Shown here one piece after another: positions 28,904 through 39,316 of a DNA stretch of 64,000 nucleotides. The DNA lies in assembly GCA_045577735.1 (NCBI GenBank), contig JAZNIY010000008.1:201088-265087 (forward strand). Direction: 5' to 3'. Source of the DNA: Candidatus Stercoripulliclostridium sp. (lineage in GTDB: Bacteria; Bacillota; Clostridia; Christensenellales; DTU072). Every line of letters begins with the position of its first letter. Positions within the stretch are counted from its first letter, which is position 1. Under the pieces are notes generated by a model. It saw only the letters and a program-made list of their open reading frames with translations, made no database searches and had not been told where the DNA came from. The position numbers were made by a program, and so were the translations under genes.

Positions 28904-30729
28904 TTACATCAAAAGAACTAAGAGAAAAATGGATTAAGTTTTACGAAAGTAAGGGCCACACCAATATAGGTGCAGTTTCGCTAATTGGCGACGGTACTAC
29001 CGGCGTTATGTTTAACGTTGCAGGTATGCAACCACTAATGCCCTATCTACTAGGTAAAAAGCACCCCGCCGGCACCAGACTTTGCAACGTTCAAGGTTGT
29101 GTTAGAACGGTTGATATCGACTCCGTTGGCGACGCTACCCACTTCACCTTCTTTGAAATGATGGGTAACTGGAGCTTGGGAGATTACTTCAAAAAGGAAA
29201 AAACCGCTTGGTCTTTTGAACTTTTGACCGAGGTCTTTGGCTTCGATAAGGAAAAGATTTGCTCCACCGTTTTTGAGGGCAACAACTCTGCTCCTCGCGA
29301 TGAAGAAACGGCATCATACCTCAAAGCATTAGGCATTAAAGAAGAAAACATTTTCTACCTTGACAAGTCTAATAACTGGTGGGAACTTGAAGGCACCGTA
29401 GGCACTCCCTGTGGTCCCGACAACGAATGGTTCTATCCTCGCCACGACAACCCTTGCTGTGACAAGTGTGACGTAAACTGCGATTGTGGTAGATACGTTG
29501 AAATCGGAAACGACGTATATATGCAATACAAAAAGCTCGAAGGCGGTAAGTATGAAGAGCTCGAAAACAAGAACGTTGATACCGGCTTTGGTCTCGATAG
29601 ACTTCTTCTATTCCTAAACGGACTAGACGACGGTTACAAGACCGACCTATTCGCTGGTGCAATTGCTCATCTTGAAAGTGCTTCTGGCAAGACCTATGGT
29701 GCAACCGAAGCTGACACCAAGGCAATGAGAATTATAGCCGACCACACCAGAACGGCAGTTATGCTCATTGGTGACGTTAATGGAATTACCCCCTCCAACA
29801 CCGGGGCAGGCTACATCTTGAGAAGACTTCTCCGCCGTGCAATTAGATACTCCAAGAACTTGGGTATCTCTGCAACCGAAATGTGCGAAGTTGCAAAAAT
29901 CTTCATAGAAAAAATCTATGACGAAGCATATCCTCTTCTCGTTGAAAAGGAAGAATATATCCTTGACGAAATCACCAAGGAAATAAAGAAGTTCGAAGTT
30001 ACCCTTGCTGGTGGTATGAAAGAGTTCGAAAAGATCATAAACGGAATGCAAAGAAAGAATGAGTTTATGAGCCTAAAAGACCCCAATTACGTACCTGAAA
30101 CCGAGATTTCCGGCAAACAGGCATTTAGGCTATACGATACCTTCGGCTACCCCCTAGAGCTCACCATAGAGCTTGCAAACGAAAGAGGCCTCACCGTTGA
30201 TGAGAAGGGCTTTAACGAAGCATTCAAGGCTCACCAAGAACTCTCCAAGGCTCAAGCACAAGCAGCAAAGGGTGGCTTGACCGAAAGAAATGAAGCGACT
30301 ACCAACTACCACACGGCAACTCACATTTTGCTTGCAGCACTTCGCAAGGTTCTTAAAGACGAAACCGTTATGCAAAAGGGTAGCAATATCACCACCGAAA
30401 GATTGCGCGTTGACTTTAACTTCTCTCGTCCCCTAACCCCCGAAGAAGTAAAGGGTGTTGAAGACGAAGTAAATGCAGTTATAGCAAGCTCCATTCCCGT
30501 AACTTGCGAAGAAATGAGCGTTGAAAAGGCTCGTGCAGAAGGAGCAATCGGCGTATTCGGTGACAGATATGGTGAACTCGTAAAAGTTTACTCCATCGGC
30601 ACTTATAGTAAAGAAATTTGTGGTGGACCACACGCCACCAACACCAACGAACTTGGTACCTTCAAGATTCAAAAGGAACAAAGTTCCTCTGCGGGGGTAA
30701 GAAGGATTAAGGCAATTCTCACCAAGTAA
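28900..30729 (+). CDS. alaS: Alanine--tRNA ligase, short form (609 aa)
   Basis: AGMQP, HFTFFEMMGNWS, DTGFGLDR, ADHTR, LYDTFGYP, editing HxxxH and CGGPH; ends at GVRRIKA. Confidence 0.95.
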   Translation: MITSKELREKWIKFYESKGHTNIGAVSLIGDGTTGVMFNVAGMQPLMPYLLGKKHPAGTRLCNVQGCVRTVDIDSVGDATHFTFFEMMGNWSLGDYFKKEKTAWSFELLTEVFGFDKEKICSTVFEGNNSAPRDEETASYLKALGIKEENIFYLDKSNNWWELEGTVGTPCGPDNEWFYPRHDNPCCDKCDVNCDCGRYVEIGNDVYMQYKKLEGGKYEELENKNVDTGFGLDRLLLFLNGLDDGYKTDLFAGAIAHLESASGKTYGATEADTKAMRIIADHTRTAVMLIGDVNGITPSNTGAGYILRRLLRRAIRYSKNLGISATEMCEVAKIFIEKIYDEAYPLLVEKEEYILDEITKEIKKFEVTLAGGMKEFEKIINGMQRKNEFMSLKDPNYVPETEISGKQAFRLYDTFGYPLELTIELANERGLTVDEKGFNEAFKAHQELSKAQAQAAKGGLTERNEATTNYHTATHILLAALRKVLKDETVMQKGSNITTERLRVDFNFSRPLTPEEVKGVEDEVNAVIASSIPVTCEEMSVEKARAEGAIGVFGDRYGELVKVYSIGTYSKEICGGPHATNTNELGTFKIQKEQSSSAGVRRIKAILTK

Positions 30730-30843
30730 AACGCGTTATTTTAGCGAACAACTTCACAAAACAAGAGCCTCCCTCGGTCGTTTACGAGTAGTAAAGTCCC
30801 GTCAGTAGGCTCTTTTGTTTTGCCTCGTTCTTCATCTAAACTA
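30728..30843. repeat. Nested-hairpin intergenic repeat (family 2)
   Basis: 35 nt identical to 54015-54049; core GGTCGTTTAC-N5-GTAAAGTCCC shared with 51684. Confidence 0.8.
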
Positions 30844-30964
30844 AAGGTAAGCCGGCGAAGTTACTCCCTATGGTCGTAGCTACTAATTGGCTAAAATACG
30901 TTAGGAAATAGGGAGTATTAGTCGTCCGTGCGCGCATTTGCGCACTTATTCGCGCAAAATACTA

Positions 30965-30994
30965 TTGCGCACTCGCGTATACGTGTGTTATAAT
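30965..30994 (+). promoter_or_regulatory. secA promoter with an alternating purine-pyrimidine spacer
   Basis: TTGCGC-actcgcgtatacgtgtgt-TATAAT. Confidence 0.6.
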
Positions 30995-31027
30995 AACATG
31001 TAAAACTAAAACTTTGGAGAGTATGAC

Positions 31028-33757
31028 ATGGGTTTCTTTAATTCATTATTCACTAAAGATCGTAAGAATAATGTAACCACTACCAATAATAGCGACTTGG
31101 ATGACCTTAAGCTTTTTGAAAGAAAGGAACAGCTAAAGCATAGAAAAAAATTGGAAGTTATCGTCGATGAAATAGAGGCTTTGGAAGGAAATATGCAAGC
31201 CCTTAGCGACGATCAACTAAGAGAAAAAACCACAGAGTTTAAAGAAAGATTGGCAAAAGGCGAAACGTTGGACGACCTTCTTCCCGAAGCTTTTGCCGTT
31301 GTGCGTGAAGCCGGTAAGCGCGTACTTAATATGCGCCACTATAGAGTGCAACTTATGGGTGGTATCGTTCTTCATCAAGGTAGAATTGCAGAAATGCAAA
31401 CCGGTGAAGGTAAAACCCTCGTTGCTACCCTCCCTGCATATCTTAATGCTCTTTTAGGAAAGGGTGTACACGTTGTTACCGTTAACGAATACCTCGCGAA
31501 GCGTGACGCTGAATGGATGGGTAAGGTTTACAAATTCTTGGGCCTCACCGTTGGTTGCGTATATCGTGAAATGACCAAAGAGGAAAGAAAGGAAGCTTAT
31601 CAATGCGACATAACCTACGCTACAAACTCCGAAATAGGCTTTGATTACCTTCGTGATAACGGCGAAGTCGAGCGTGAACATATCGTTCAACGCGGACATC
31701 ATTTTGCCATCGTTGACGAAGTTGACTCCATCTTAATAGACGAAGCTCGTACCCCTTTGATTATATCCGGTATGGGCGAGCAAGCAAGCGATATTTACGT
31801 AAAAGTGGACAGGTTCGTAAAACAACGCTTGAAAGAAGAAGATTATGAAATAGACGAGAAGAACAATCGCGTTTCTTTGACCGAGTCCGGTGTTATGAAG
31901 GTTGAAGATTACTTCAACATGAGCACCATTAGCGAGGAAGAGCAACCCATGCTTCGCATATATATCAGCACCGCTCTTCGCGCAAACCTTTTGATGCACG
32001 TAAACAAGGATTACATTGTTGAAAACGGCGAAATCGTCATCGTTGATGAGTTTACCGGCCGTAAAATGGTGGGTAGACGTTACTCCGAGGGCTTGCACCA
32101 AGCTATCGAAGCCAAAGAAAACGTTAAAATCAAGAGAGAAAGCGTTACCATTGCTACTATCACCTTCCAAAACTACTTCCGTATGTACAAAAAGCTTTCC
32201 GGCATGACCGGTACTGCTTTTACCGAGGAAGCCGAGTTTAGAGGCATCTATAACCTTGACGTAGTCAAGATTCCTTCCAACAAAGAAGTGGTTCGCGTGG
32301 ACGAGCCCGATAAAGTATATGCTAAACGCGAAGACAAAATCGAGGCTGTTATTGAGGATATCAAAGAGTGTTACGAATATGGTCAACCCGTACTAGTTGG
32401 TACTACCTCCGTTGAAGCATCCGAAGAATTGTCATCAAAACTTCGCAAACTCGGCATAAAGCACAACGTTTTGAACGCAAAATATCACGCAGAGGAAGCA
32501 GAAATTATTGCTCAAGCAGGTAGAATAGGATCGGTTACTATTGCAACCAACATGGCTGGTCGTGGTACGGACATCTTGCTTGGCGGTAACCCCGAAAACT
32601 TTGCTAAAAACCAAATGAAAAAAGAGGGCTTTACCCCCGAACTTATAGACGTCGCAACGGCATTTAACGCCATTGAGGACGATGAGCAAATTAAGGCTAG
32701 AGAAAGATATGCCGAGCTCCTAAAAGAGGCAAAAGAGGAGTGTGCAGAGGAAAAAGAACAAGTCCTTGAAAAGGGTGGCTTGCGCGTTATAGGAACCGAG
32801 CGCCACGAAGCAAGACGTATTGATAACCAATTGCGTGGTCGTTCCGGACGTCAAGGCGACAAGGGAAGCAGTTGCTTCTACCTCTCTTGCGAGGACGATA
32901 TTGCACGTCTATTTGGTGGTGATAGAATAAAAGCTACGCTGGAAATGGGTGGTGGAAACATCCAAATGGGCATACTCTCCAAGCTTATTGAAACGGCACA
33001 AAAACGCTGTGAAGAAAACAACTATGCCGTTCGTAAGAGAGTGCTTGAGTACGATGACGTTATGAACAAACAACGTCAACTCATCTATTCCGAACGTAAC
33101 GAAGTTCTTGACGGAAAGGACGTTCACGAACAAGTTCTTAAATACTTTGACCCCATTGTTGACGATATCGTTTACAAATATCTTGATGCAGAGGGTGAAG
33201 TAACCGATGAAAGAATAGAAATGTTCAACCGTGATCTCGAAGAAAACTTGCTCCTCTCCGGCACCAACCTTATTACCCACGAGGTATATGAAAACAATAG
33301 TGACGAGAAGATCAGAGAACTCGTATACGATACCTTAATCGAGCAATATGAAGCTAAAATCAAGCGCGCAGAGGAAGAAGGCATAGACTTTAAGGCAAAC
33401 GAAAGAAACGTTCTTCTTCGTCAAGTTGACCTTAACTGGAAGCAACATATTGCTGCAATGGACCACTTAAGAAAGGGTATAGGCTTGCGTGCACTCGCCC
33501 AACGCGATCCCGTCATAGAGTATCGCAGAGAGGGTATGGATATGTTTGACCAAATGATAGATAACATTCAAGACAGAACGGCAAGAACCCTCATTAAAGT
33601 TGATATAGAGGCTGTAATCGAAAGGAAAAACCTATTTTTACAAGCTCTCCAACGCCACGTAACCATTCGTAACAACGATGCAAACAAGAACGTTGGCAGA
33701 AACGATCCATGCCCCTGTGGAAGTGGAAGAAAGTACAAGAATTGTTGCGGTAAATAG
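31028..33757 (+). CDS. secA: Preprotein translocase SecA
   Basis: MQTGEGKT, DEVDSILIDEARTPLIIS, ATNMAGRGTDI and the SEC-C motif GRNDPCPCGSGRKYKNCC. Confidence 0.98.
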   Translation: MGFFNSLFTKDRKNNVTTTNNSDLDDLKLFERKEQLKHRKKLEVIVDEIEALEGNMQALSDDQLREKTTEFKERLAKGETLDDLLPEAFAVVREAGKRVLNMRHYRVQLMGGIVLHQGRIAEMQTGEGKTLVATLPAYLNALLGKGVHVVTVNEYLAKRDAEWMGKVYKFLGLTVGCVYREMTKEERKEAYQCDITYATNSEIGFDYLRDNGEVEREHIVQRGHHFAIVDEVDSILIDEARTPLIISGMGEQASDIYVKVDRFVKQRLKEEDYEIDEKNNRVSLTESGVMKVEDYFNMSTISEEEQPMLRIYISTALRANLLMHVNKDYIVENGEIVIVDEFTGRKMVGRRYSEGLHQAIEAKENVKIKRESVTIATITFQNYFRMYKKLSGMTGTAFTEEAEFRGIYNLDVVKIPSNKEVVRVDEPDKVYAKREDKIEAVIEDIKECYEYGQPVLVGTTSVEASEELSSKLRKLGIKHNVLNAKYHAEEAEIIAQAGRIGSVTIATNMAGRGTDILLGGNPENFAKNQMKKEGFTPELIDVATAFNAIEDDEQIKARERYAELLKEAKEECAEEKEQVLEKGGLRVIGTERHEARRIDNQLRGRSGRQGDKGSSCFYLSCEDDIARLFGGDRIKATLEMGGGNIQMGILSKLIETAQKRCEENNYAVRKRVLEYDDVMNKQRQLIYSERNEVLDGKDVHEQVLKYFDPIVDDIVYKYLDAEGEVTDERIEMFNRDLEENLLLSGTNLITHEVYENNSDEKIRELVYDTLIEQYEAKIKRAEEEGIDFKANERNVLLRQVDLNWKQHIAAMDHLRKGIGLRALAQRDPVIEYRREGMDMFDQMIDNIQDRTARTLIKVDIEAVIERKNLFLQALQRHVTIRNNDANKNVGRNDPCPCGSGRKYKNCCGK

Positions 33758-33758
33758 T

Positions 33759-34862
33759 ATGATCGACTTCTATGACGAAAAAGTTAGGCTAGAGGAGTTG
33801 GGCGCATCGATTAAAACCTCGGCAGAAGCCATTGACGTTAATGCTCTTCAAGTAGAACTTGAAGAACTTAGGAAAAAACAGGAAGAAGAGGGCTTTTGGC
33901 TAGACGTAGAAAGGGCGAAAACCGTAAACGTGCGCATTGCCGAAATAGAGAGAAAGTGCTCTACCGTCAGCCGTCTTATGCAAGAAGCAGAGGGTTGCCT
34001 AGAACTTATGCTTATGGCAGAGGAAATGCAAGAGGAAAGCGCCGTAGAGGACGTCAAGGAGATGTTAAAGACCTTGGAAACGGAGGTAGAAAAACTCTTC
34101 CTCGAAAGCCTTATGAAAGGAAAATACGACGGCAACGACGCCATTTTAACCCTTCACGCCGGTGCCGGTGGTACGGAAGCACAGGACTGGGTAGACATGC
34201 TTTACCGAATGTACCGCAGGTACGCAGAGCGTGCCGGATACTCGGTGAGTGAAATGGATTACCAAGCAGGCGACGAGGCGGGGATAAAGAGCGTCACCTT
34301 CAAATTACAAGGAAGCAATGCTTACGGGTTCCTAAAGGCAGAAAAAGGGGTGCACAGACTCGTTAGAATTAGTCCGTTTGATGCTAACAAGAGAAGGCAC
34401 ACGAGTTTTGCAAGCCTAGAGGTAATGCCGGAAATTGAAACCGATGACGAAATAAAAATTAATCCCGAAGACCTTAAGATTGATACTTGTAGATCGTCGG
34501 GGGCTGGTGGACAGCACGTTAACAAAACGGAAAGTGCCGTTAGAATAACCCACCTTCCAACGGGAATTGTAACCTGGTGTCAAAGTGAAAGAAGTCAGGT
34601 GCAAAACAAGGAAACGGCAATGAGGATGCTAAGGAGCAAACTCGTCGAGTTAAAGGAACGCGAGCAAATGGAAGAGGCTCTTTCCTTGAAGGGTGAGATT
34701 AAGAAAATAGAGTGGGGCTCTCAAATTCGTTCCTACGTATTTTGTCCCTATACCCTAGTAAAAGATCACCGTACCGGATATGAAAACTCCAACGTAGGTG
34801 CCGTTATGGACGGCGATATTGAAGGGTTCATATACGATTATCTAGTAAAAGCAAACCAATAA
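33759..34862 (+). CDS. prfB: Peptide chain release factor 2 (no programmed frameshift)
   Basis: SPF specificity motif and GGQ; a single continuous frame from ATG 33759. Confidence 0.96.
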   Translation: MIDFYDEKVRLEELGASIKTSAEAIDVNALQVELEELRKKQEEEGFWLDVERAKTVNVRIAEIERKCSTVSRLMQEAEGCLELMLMAEEMQEESAVEDVKEMLKTLETEVEKLFLESLMKGKYDGNDAILTLHAGAGGTEAQDWVDMLYRMYRRYAERAGYSVSEMDYQAGDEAGIKSVTFKLQGSNAYGFLKAEKGVHRLVRISPFDANKRRHTSFASLEVMPEIETDDEIKINPEDLKIDTCRSSGAGGQHVNKTESAVRITHLPTGIVTWCQSERSQVQNKETAMRMLRSKLVELKEREQMEEALSLKGEIKKIEWGSQIRSYVFCPYTLVKDHRTGYENSNVGAVMDGDIEGFIYDYLVKANQ

Positions 34863-34892
34863 AAACATAGAAATTAACTTACGGAGGCATAT

Positions 34893-36173
34893 ATGTTAGA
34901 CCTAAATCTTATTAGAAGCGATGCACAAAAGGTCAAAGAAGCCCTTGCTAAAAAGGGTTATGAAGTAGATTTTAGTGAGCTCCTTGCTTGGGATCAAGAG
35001 AGAAAGTCTGCTAAGCAAAACGTTGAGGCACTAAAAGCACAAAGAAACAAGGTTTCTGGCGAAATACCCAAGCTCAAAAAGGCTGGTCAACCCGTCGAAC
35101 ACATCTTTGAAGAGATGAGAAACTTGGGCGAAGAAATTGCAAAATGCGACAAAATCGTTGGCGAACTTGAAGAAAAAATCAACGATTTCTTGCTACGTTT
35201 ACCCAATATGCCCGACCCCGATTTGGTAGGTGGCGAAAAGGAAAACAACGTAGTTATTAAGATGTATGGCGAAAAGCCCAACTTCGATTTTAAAGCAAAG
35301 AACCACGTTGATCTTTGTACCTCTTTGGGACTTATAGATTACGAACGTGGCGTAAAACTAAGTGGTGGTGGCTTCTGGCTATACCGTGGACTTGGTGCTC
35401 GTCTTGAGTGGGCACTCCTCAACTTCTTTATCGACGAACATTTGAACGATGGTTACGAATTCATTCTTCCTCCCCACCAATTGGGTTATAACTGTGGACT
35501 GGGCGCAGGTCAATTCCCCAAGTTTAGTGAAGAAGTATATTGGCTAGAGGGCGAAGAGGACAGAAAGAAGAATCGCTTTATGCTCCCCACCGCTGAAACC
35601 GCTCTTGTAAACGTATATGCAGGCGAAATCATGGACGAATCCATGCTCCCCTTAAAGTTGTTCGCTTACACTCCTTGCTATCGTAAAGAAGCAGGTTCCT
35701 ATAGAAGTGAAGAGCGTGGTATGATACGTGGACACCAATTCAACAAGGTAGAAATGGTTCAATATGCAAAGCCCGAAGAAAGTATGGTCGCTTTTGAAGA
35801 ACTACTAAACAAGGCTGCTCGCCTAGTAGAAAAACTCGGTTTGCACTTTAGAGTTTCTAAGCTCGCAGCAGGCGACTGCTCTGCAAGTATGGCTCGTACC
35901 TATGACATAGAGGTTTGGATTCCTTCTATGGGTATCTACAAGGAAGTATCCAGCGTTTCCAATGCAAACGACTACCAAGCACGTCGCAACAACACTCGTT
36001 ATCGCGACTCCAAGACCGGTAAACCTCAATACGTTCACACCTTGAACGGAAGTGGTCTTGCAACCAGCCGTGTAATTCCCGCTATCGTAGAGCAATACCA
36101 AAATGCAGACGGCTCCGTAACCGTGCCCGAAGTATTGCGTAAGTATCTGGGCGGACTAGAAGTTATCAAATAG
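34893..36173 (+). CDS. serS: Serine--tRNA ligase
   Basis: LPTAE, CYRKEAG, HQFNKVE, EVSSVSN and TLNGSGLA motifs. Confidence 0.97.
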   Translation: MLDLNLIRSDAQKVKEALAKKGYEVDFSELLAWDQERKSAKQNVEALKAQRNKVSGEIPKLKKAGQPVEHIFEEMRNLGEEIAKCDKIVGELEEKINDFLLRLPNMPDPDLVGGEKENNVVIKMYGEKPNFDFKAKNHVDLCTSLGLIDYERGVKLSGGGFWLYRGLGARLEWALLNFFIDEHLNDGYEFILPPHQLGYNCGLGAGQFPKFSEEVYWLEGEEDRKKNRFMLPTAETALVNVYAGEIMDESMLPLKLFAYTPCYRKEAGSYRSEERGMIRGHQFNKVEMVQYAKPEESMVAFEELLNKAARLVEKLGLHFRVSKLAAGDCSASMARTYDIEVWIPSMGIYKEVSSVSNANDYQARRNNTRYRDSKTGKPQYVHTLNGSGLATSRVIPAIVEQYQNADGSVTVPEVLRKYLGGLEVIK

Positions 36174-36192
36174 TAATTAAGAAAGGAAGGAT

Positions 36193-37083
36193 ATGACTCC
36201 GGTAAATGGTGGTATGGTGAGTGGAATATTAAAGCTCGCCCTAAAGTTCATATTGGGCTTAATCAAATACTTCTCCCTTGCAATCTTGTATGCAATAGGG
36301 GGAGTGGTTTTGTATGCAGTATGGAAGTTTAACCCATTTAGCGGAGATCTATATTCCATTTTATACCTCGTTGGATTTGCCCTCAGCATACTTCTTTCTT
36401 GGCTAATTGCATTTAGGGACAAGGACAAGAAAAAGAAGGGAAAGAGTGAAGAAAAGGGCTCTTGGCGCTTGAAAAAGGAAGACGTCGAAGAGGAGCCCAA
36501 GAGTTGGTGGCAAAAAAGAAAGGAAAAGAAGGCCCTTGCTCTTGAAAGGGCCAAAGAGGAAGAGGAAAAGCGTGAAAGAATGGCGCGTGAAGAAGAAATG
36601 CGCGCGCAAGAAAGACGTCTTGAAGAACTTCGCTCCGAACGCCTAAGGGAAGAAATTGCACGCGAAGAAAGGCTAATCGACGAATATCGTCAGCAGTCTG
36701 CAAGGTCGGCGCTGAACCGTTATGAGGAAACTGTTGCACCCTACCCGGTTCATGTAATAGAAAACGACAACAACTACTTTGGGATGCCAAACACTAGAGT
36801 TGAGAATGTTCATAACTACCAAACTCAACCAACCCAGCATAGTGCGCCTACGCAACAAAACATACCAACGCACCATAGCGCACCCGAGTATTTTAGAGCC
36901 ACGGCAAACCAAGAGGTTGTTGCCCCATTTAGCCAAAGGGCAAAGGAAGAACCCAAAATTTATATGTCTGCAGTAGAGCAAGATTTACTCATACACGAGT
37001 ATAGCGATCGCTTTGAAGTTTACCAACTGAACGGTGGCGAAAAGAAGCTCGTTAACGTAGAATATAAAGAAGGAAGAAGCTAA
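36193..37083 (+). CDS. Hypothetical membrane protein with a charged coiled coil
   Basis: Two N-terminal TM helices, an E/R/K-rich helix and a small C-terminal domain; RBS present. Confidence 0.7.
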   Translation: MTPVNGGMVSGILKLALKFILGLIKYFSLAILYAIGGVVLYAVWKFNPFSGDLYSILYLVGFALSILLSWLIAFRDKDKKKKGKSEEKGSWRLKKEDVEEEPKSWWQKRKEKKALALERAKEEEEKRERMAREEEMRAQERRLEELRSERLREEIAREERLIDEYRQQSARSALNRYEETVAPYPVHVIENDNNYFGMPNTRVENVHNYQTQPTQHSAPTQQNIPTHHSAPEYFRATANQEVVAPFSQRAKEEPKIYMSAVEQDLLIHEYSDRFEVYQLNGGEKKLVNVEYKEGRS

Positions 37084-37084
37084 A

Positions 37085-37975
37085 ATGGAAGAAAGGGTAA
37101 GGAGCGACAAAAGAATATTTCCTAAAAGAAGCAAAAATCGTGCTTGGGAGTTAGACGCCCTTCGCGGTCTTGCTATCTTGGGAGTTGTTTGGGACCACGT
37201 CATGTTCGACCTTGCCTATATGTTCTATTATGAATGGCAATATCTAGGCGCAGAGGGACTTTTGAAGGCGGGCGAGTTTGCTCGCACCTATCACGAGGGT
37301 TTCCTTAGAGTACTCGGCTGGCCCGTTTTCGTTTTCATATTCTTCTTCGTTTCGGGCATATGTACCACCTTCTCCAGAAATAACTTTTTCCGTGGCTTGA
37401 AGCTTGCACTGGTGGCCGTGCTTGTTTCCGTCGTTACCTACCTCATTGACGAGTACATGGGAATGAGTGGCAGTTTCATACTCTTTGGAGTACTTCATTG
37501 CCTAGCAACTTGCATACTTTTATATTCTCTCATCGAGTGGATTTTAAAGCTTACTGCAAGCAAGTCAAAGTATTATCGCTACATAAAAGTAGGGGTATAT
37601 TTTGCCCTTGCCGTTGCCTTACTAATAGTTAATTATACACAAAACGTTACCTTGTACGACGTCAATACCTACAAGGCAACCGTTCAGTCAAATTGGGATT
37701 TTGCGGGAATGTTCGTATTTACTAGAGATTGGTGGACGGCAGACTATTTCCCCCTTCTTCCCTTCTTTGCATTCTTCCTACTCGGTGCAGGGGTATCCCC
37801 ACTTGCCTATCCCAAGAAGGAGAGCTTGTTACCCAAGCTTGACGGCAAATGGAACAAATTCCTCACCATTCCCGGAAGATATTCTCTCTATATCTATCTT
37901 GCCCTACAAGTAATAGCCGTCGTTGTGCTATGTTTAATTACTTGGATTGCAACGGGCACCATTCCCTTTATTTAA
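37085..37975 (+). CDS. DUF1624 / heparan-alpha-glucosaminide N-acetyltransferase-like membrane protein
   Basis: ELDALRGLAI, FGVLH, DYFPLLP and GRYSLYIYL motifs. Confidence 0.8.
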   Translation: MEERVRSDKRIFPKRSKNRAWELDALRGLAILGVVWDHVMFDLAYMFYYEWQYLGAEGLLKAGEFARTYHEGFLRVLGWPVFVFIFFFVSGICTTFSRNNFFRGLKLALVAVLVSVVTYLIDEYMGMSGSFILFGVLHCLATCILLYSLIEWILKLTASKSKYYRYIKVGVYFALAVALLIVNYTQNVTLYDVNTYKATVQSNWDFAGMFVFTRDWWTADYFPLLPFFAFFLLGAGVSPLAYPKKESLLPKLDGKWNKFLTIPGRYSLYIYLALQVIAVVVLCLITWIATGTIPFI

Positions 37976-37976
37976 C

Positions 37977-38831
37977 ATGAAGTGTTATCTTTGTCCAAAT
38001 GATTGTGGCGTAGACCGTAGCGAAAGGCTAGGGCTATGTCTTTGTGGTGAAGAAATGATAATAAATCGCATTGCGCCCCATTACTATGAAGAACCACCCA
38101 TAAGTGGCACGAGTGGTAGTGGAACGGTGTTTTTTGGTGGCTGTGTAATGAGATGCGACTTCTGCCAAAATGCCGTAATTAGTAGGGCGCCCAGAGGAAA
38201 AACCTATACTCCACAACAGCTTGCCGACGAAATAAAGAGGTTGGAAGAGAGTGGGGTTCATAACATAAATTTCGTCACCCCCACCCAATGGAGTGATCAA
38301 ATTAGAAGGACTCTCGATATTTACCGACCCAATATTCCCATAGTTTACAACACCTCGGGATACGAGAAAGTACAGGTTATAAAAGAGCTTTTACCATACG
38401 TTGACGTTTTTCTACCTGACTACAAATATGGTGCCCAAACACTAGGATTAAGGCTCTCAAAACGCAAAAACTATCCCCAAATAGCTCTTGATGCAATAGA
38501 GCTTATGGTCAAGGAAAAGCCACCTGTGTACGAAGGTGATTTAATGAAACAAGGGGTAATAATTAGGCACCTGGTTTTGCCGGGCTACTTGGACAATAGC
38601 AAACAGGCGCTAGACCTTCTAGTAGGGCGATTGGGTAGGGATTTCACGTTAAGTATAATGTCACAATTTACGCCTATGCCTAACTGCAAAGAGCCTGCTA
38701 GACGGCTTAAACCCATTGAGTATAAAATAGTTGTAAACCACGCAATCAAGCTGGGCTTAGAGGACGTATTCACTCAAGAGATTGCCTCTGCAGAAGAGGA
38801 GTACATACCACCTTTCGACACCGAAAGTTAG
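37977..38831 (+). CDS. Radical SAM protein, PflX-like
   Basis: CxLCPxxCGVDR, EEPPISG, CxxxCxxCQN and IIRHLVLPG motifs. Confidence 0.88.
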   Translation: MKCYLCPNDCGVDRSERLGLCLCGEEMIINRIAPHYYEEPPISGTSGSGTVFFGGCVMRCDFCQNAVISRAPRGKTYTPQQLADEIKRLEESGVHNINFVTPTQWSDQIRRTLDIYRPNIPIVYNTSGYEKVQVIKELLPYVDVFLPDYKYGAQTLGLRLSKRKNYPQIALDAIELMVKEKPPVYEGDLMKQGVIIRHLVLPGYLDNSKQALDLLVGRLGRDFTLSIMSQFTPMPNCKEPARRLKPIEYKIVVNHAIKLGLEDVFTQEIASAEEEYIPPFDTES

Positions 38832-38896
38832 AGTGTAAATCAAAAGAAAACCACCTTTATTAGGTGGTTGAATTTTTGTTTAGAGTAATGCCCTTC

Positions 38897-39235
38897 CTAT
38901 TGTTTTGCTACTATCTTATTTATGCTGTCTTGAATGAGGCAGAAGGTAACGAATCCAAAGCCCACAAGGAAGAGAATGAGATATATTAGAGCGCGATTGC
39001 TGTCGGAGCCCTCGTGTCGGTCCAGCTTTTCACCCATCTTATAAGCCCAAAATAGCTCGTATATGCCACCGGTAATTAGGGATAGGAAGAAAGCCATTCC
39101 ACCACTTGCATTGTTGTGGTCGCCCGTAATTTCTGCAACTTCATCAGTCATTTTAATAAACCAATATATGCCATAGATGCCAAAGGTAATTATGGACAAA
39201 ATTACGGCTTTGGCAATGCTTCTTTTTTCAACCAT
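38897..39235 (-). CDS. DUF4234-family membrane protein
   Basis: Repeated LSIITFGIY / LSLITGGIY motif. Confidence 0.75.
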   Translation of the reverse strand: MVEKRSIAKAVILSIITFGIYGIYWFIKMTDEVAEITGDHNNASGGMAFFLSLITGGIYELFWAYKMGEKLDRHEGSDSNRALIYLILFLVGFGFVTFCLIQDSINKIVAKQ

Positions 39236-39316
39236 ATTATTCTCTCCTTATATTACGTATTACGCGCGAAAGGCACAAAAAAGCCACCGCATAGCAGTGG
39301 CTTGATTTTAGTATTA

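Noticed and set aside
33678..33758. prfB extension overlapping secA
   Set aside because: The ATG at 33759 gives normal RF2 length and register.
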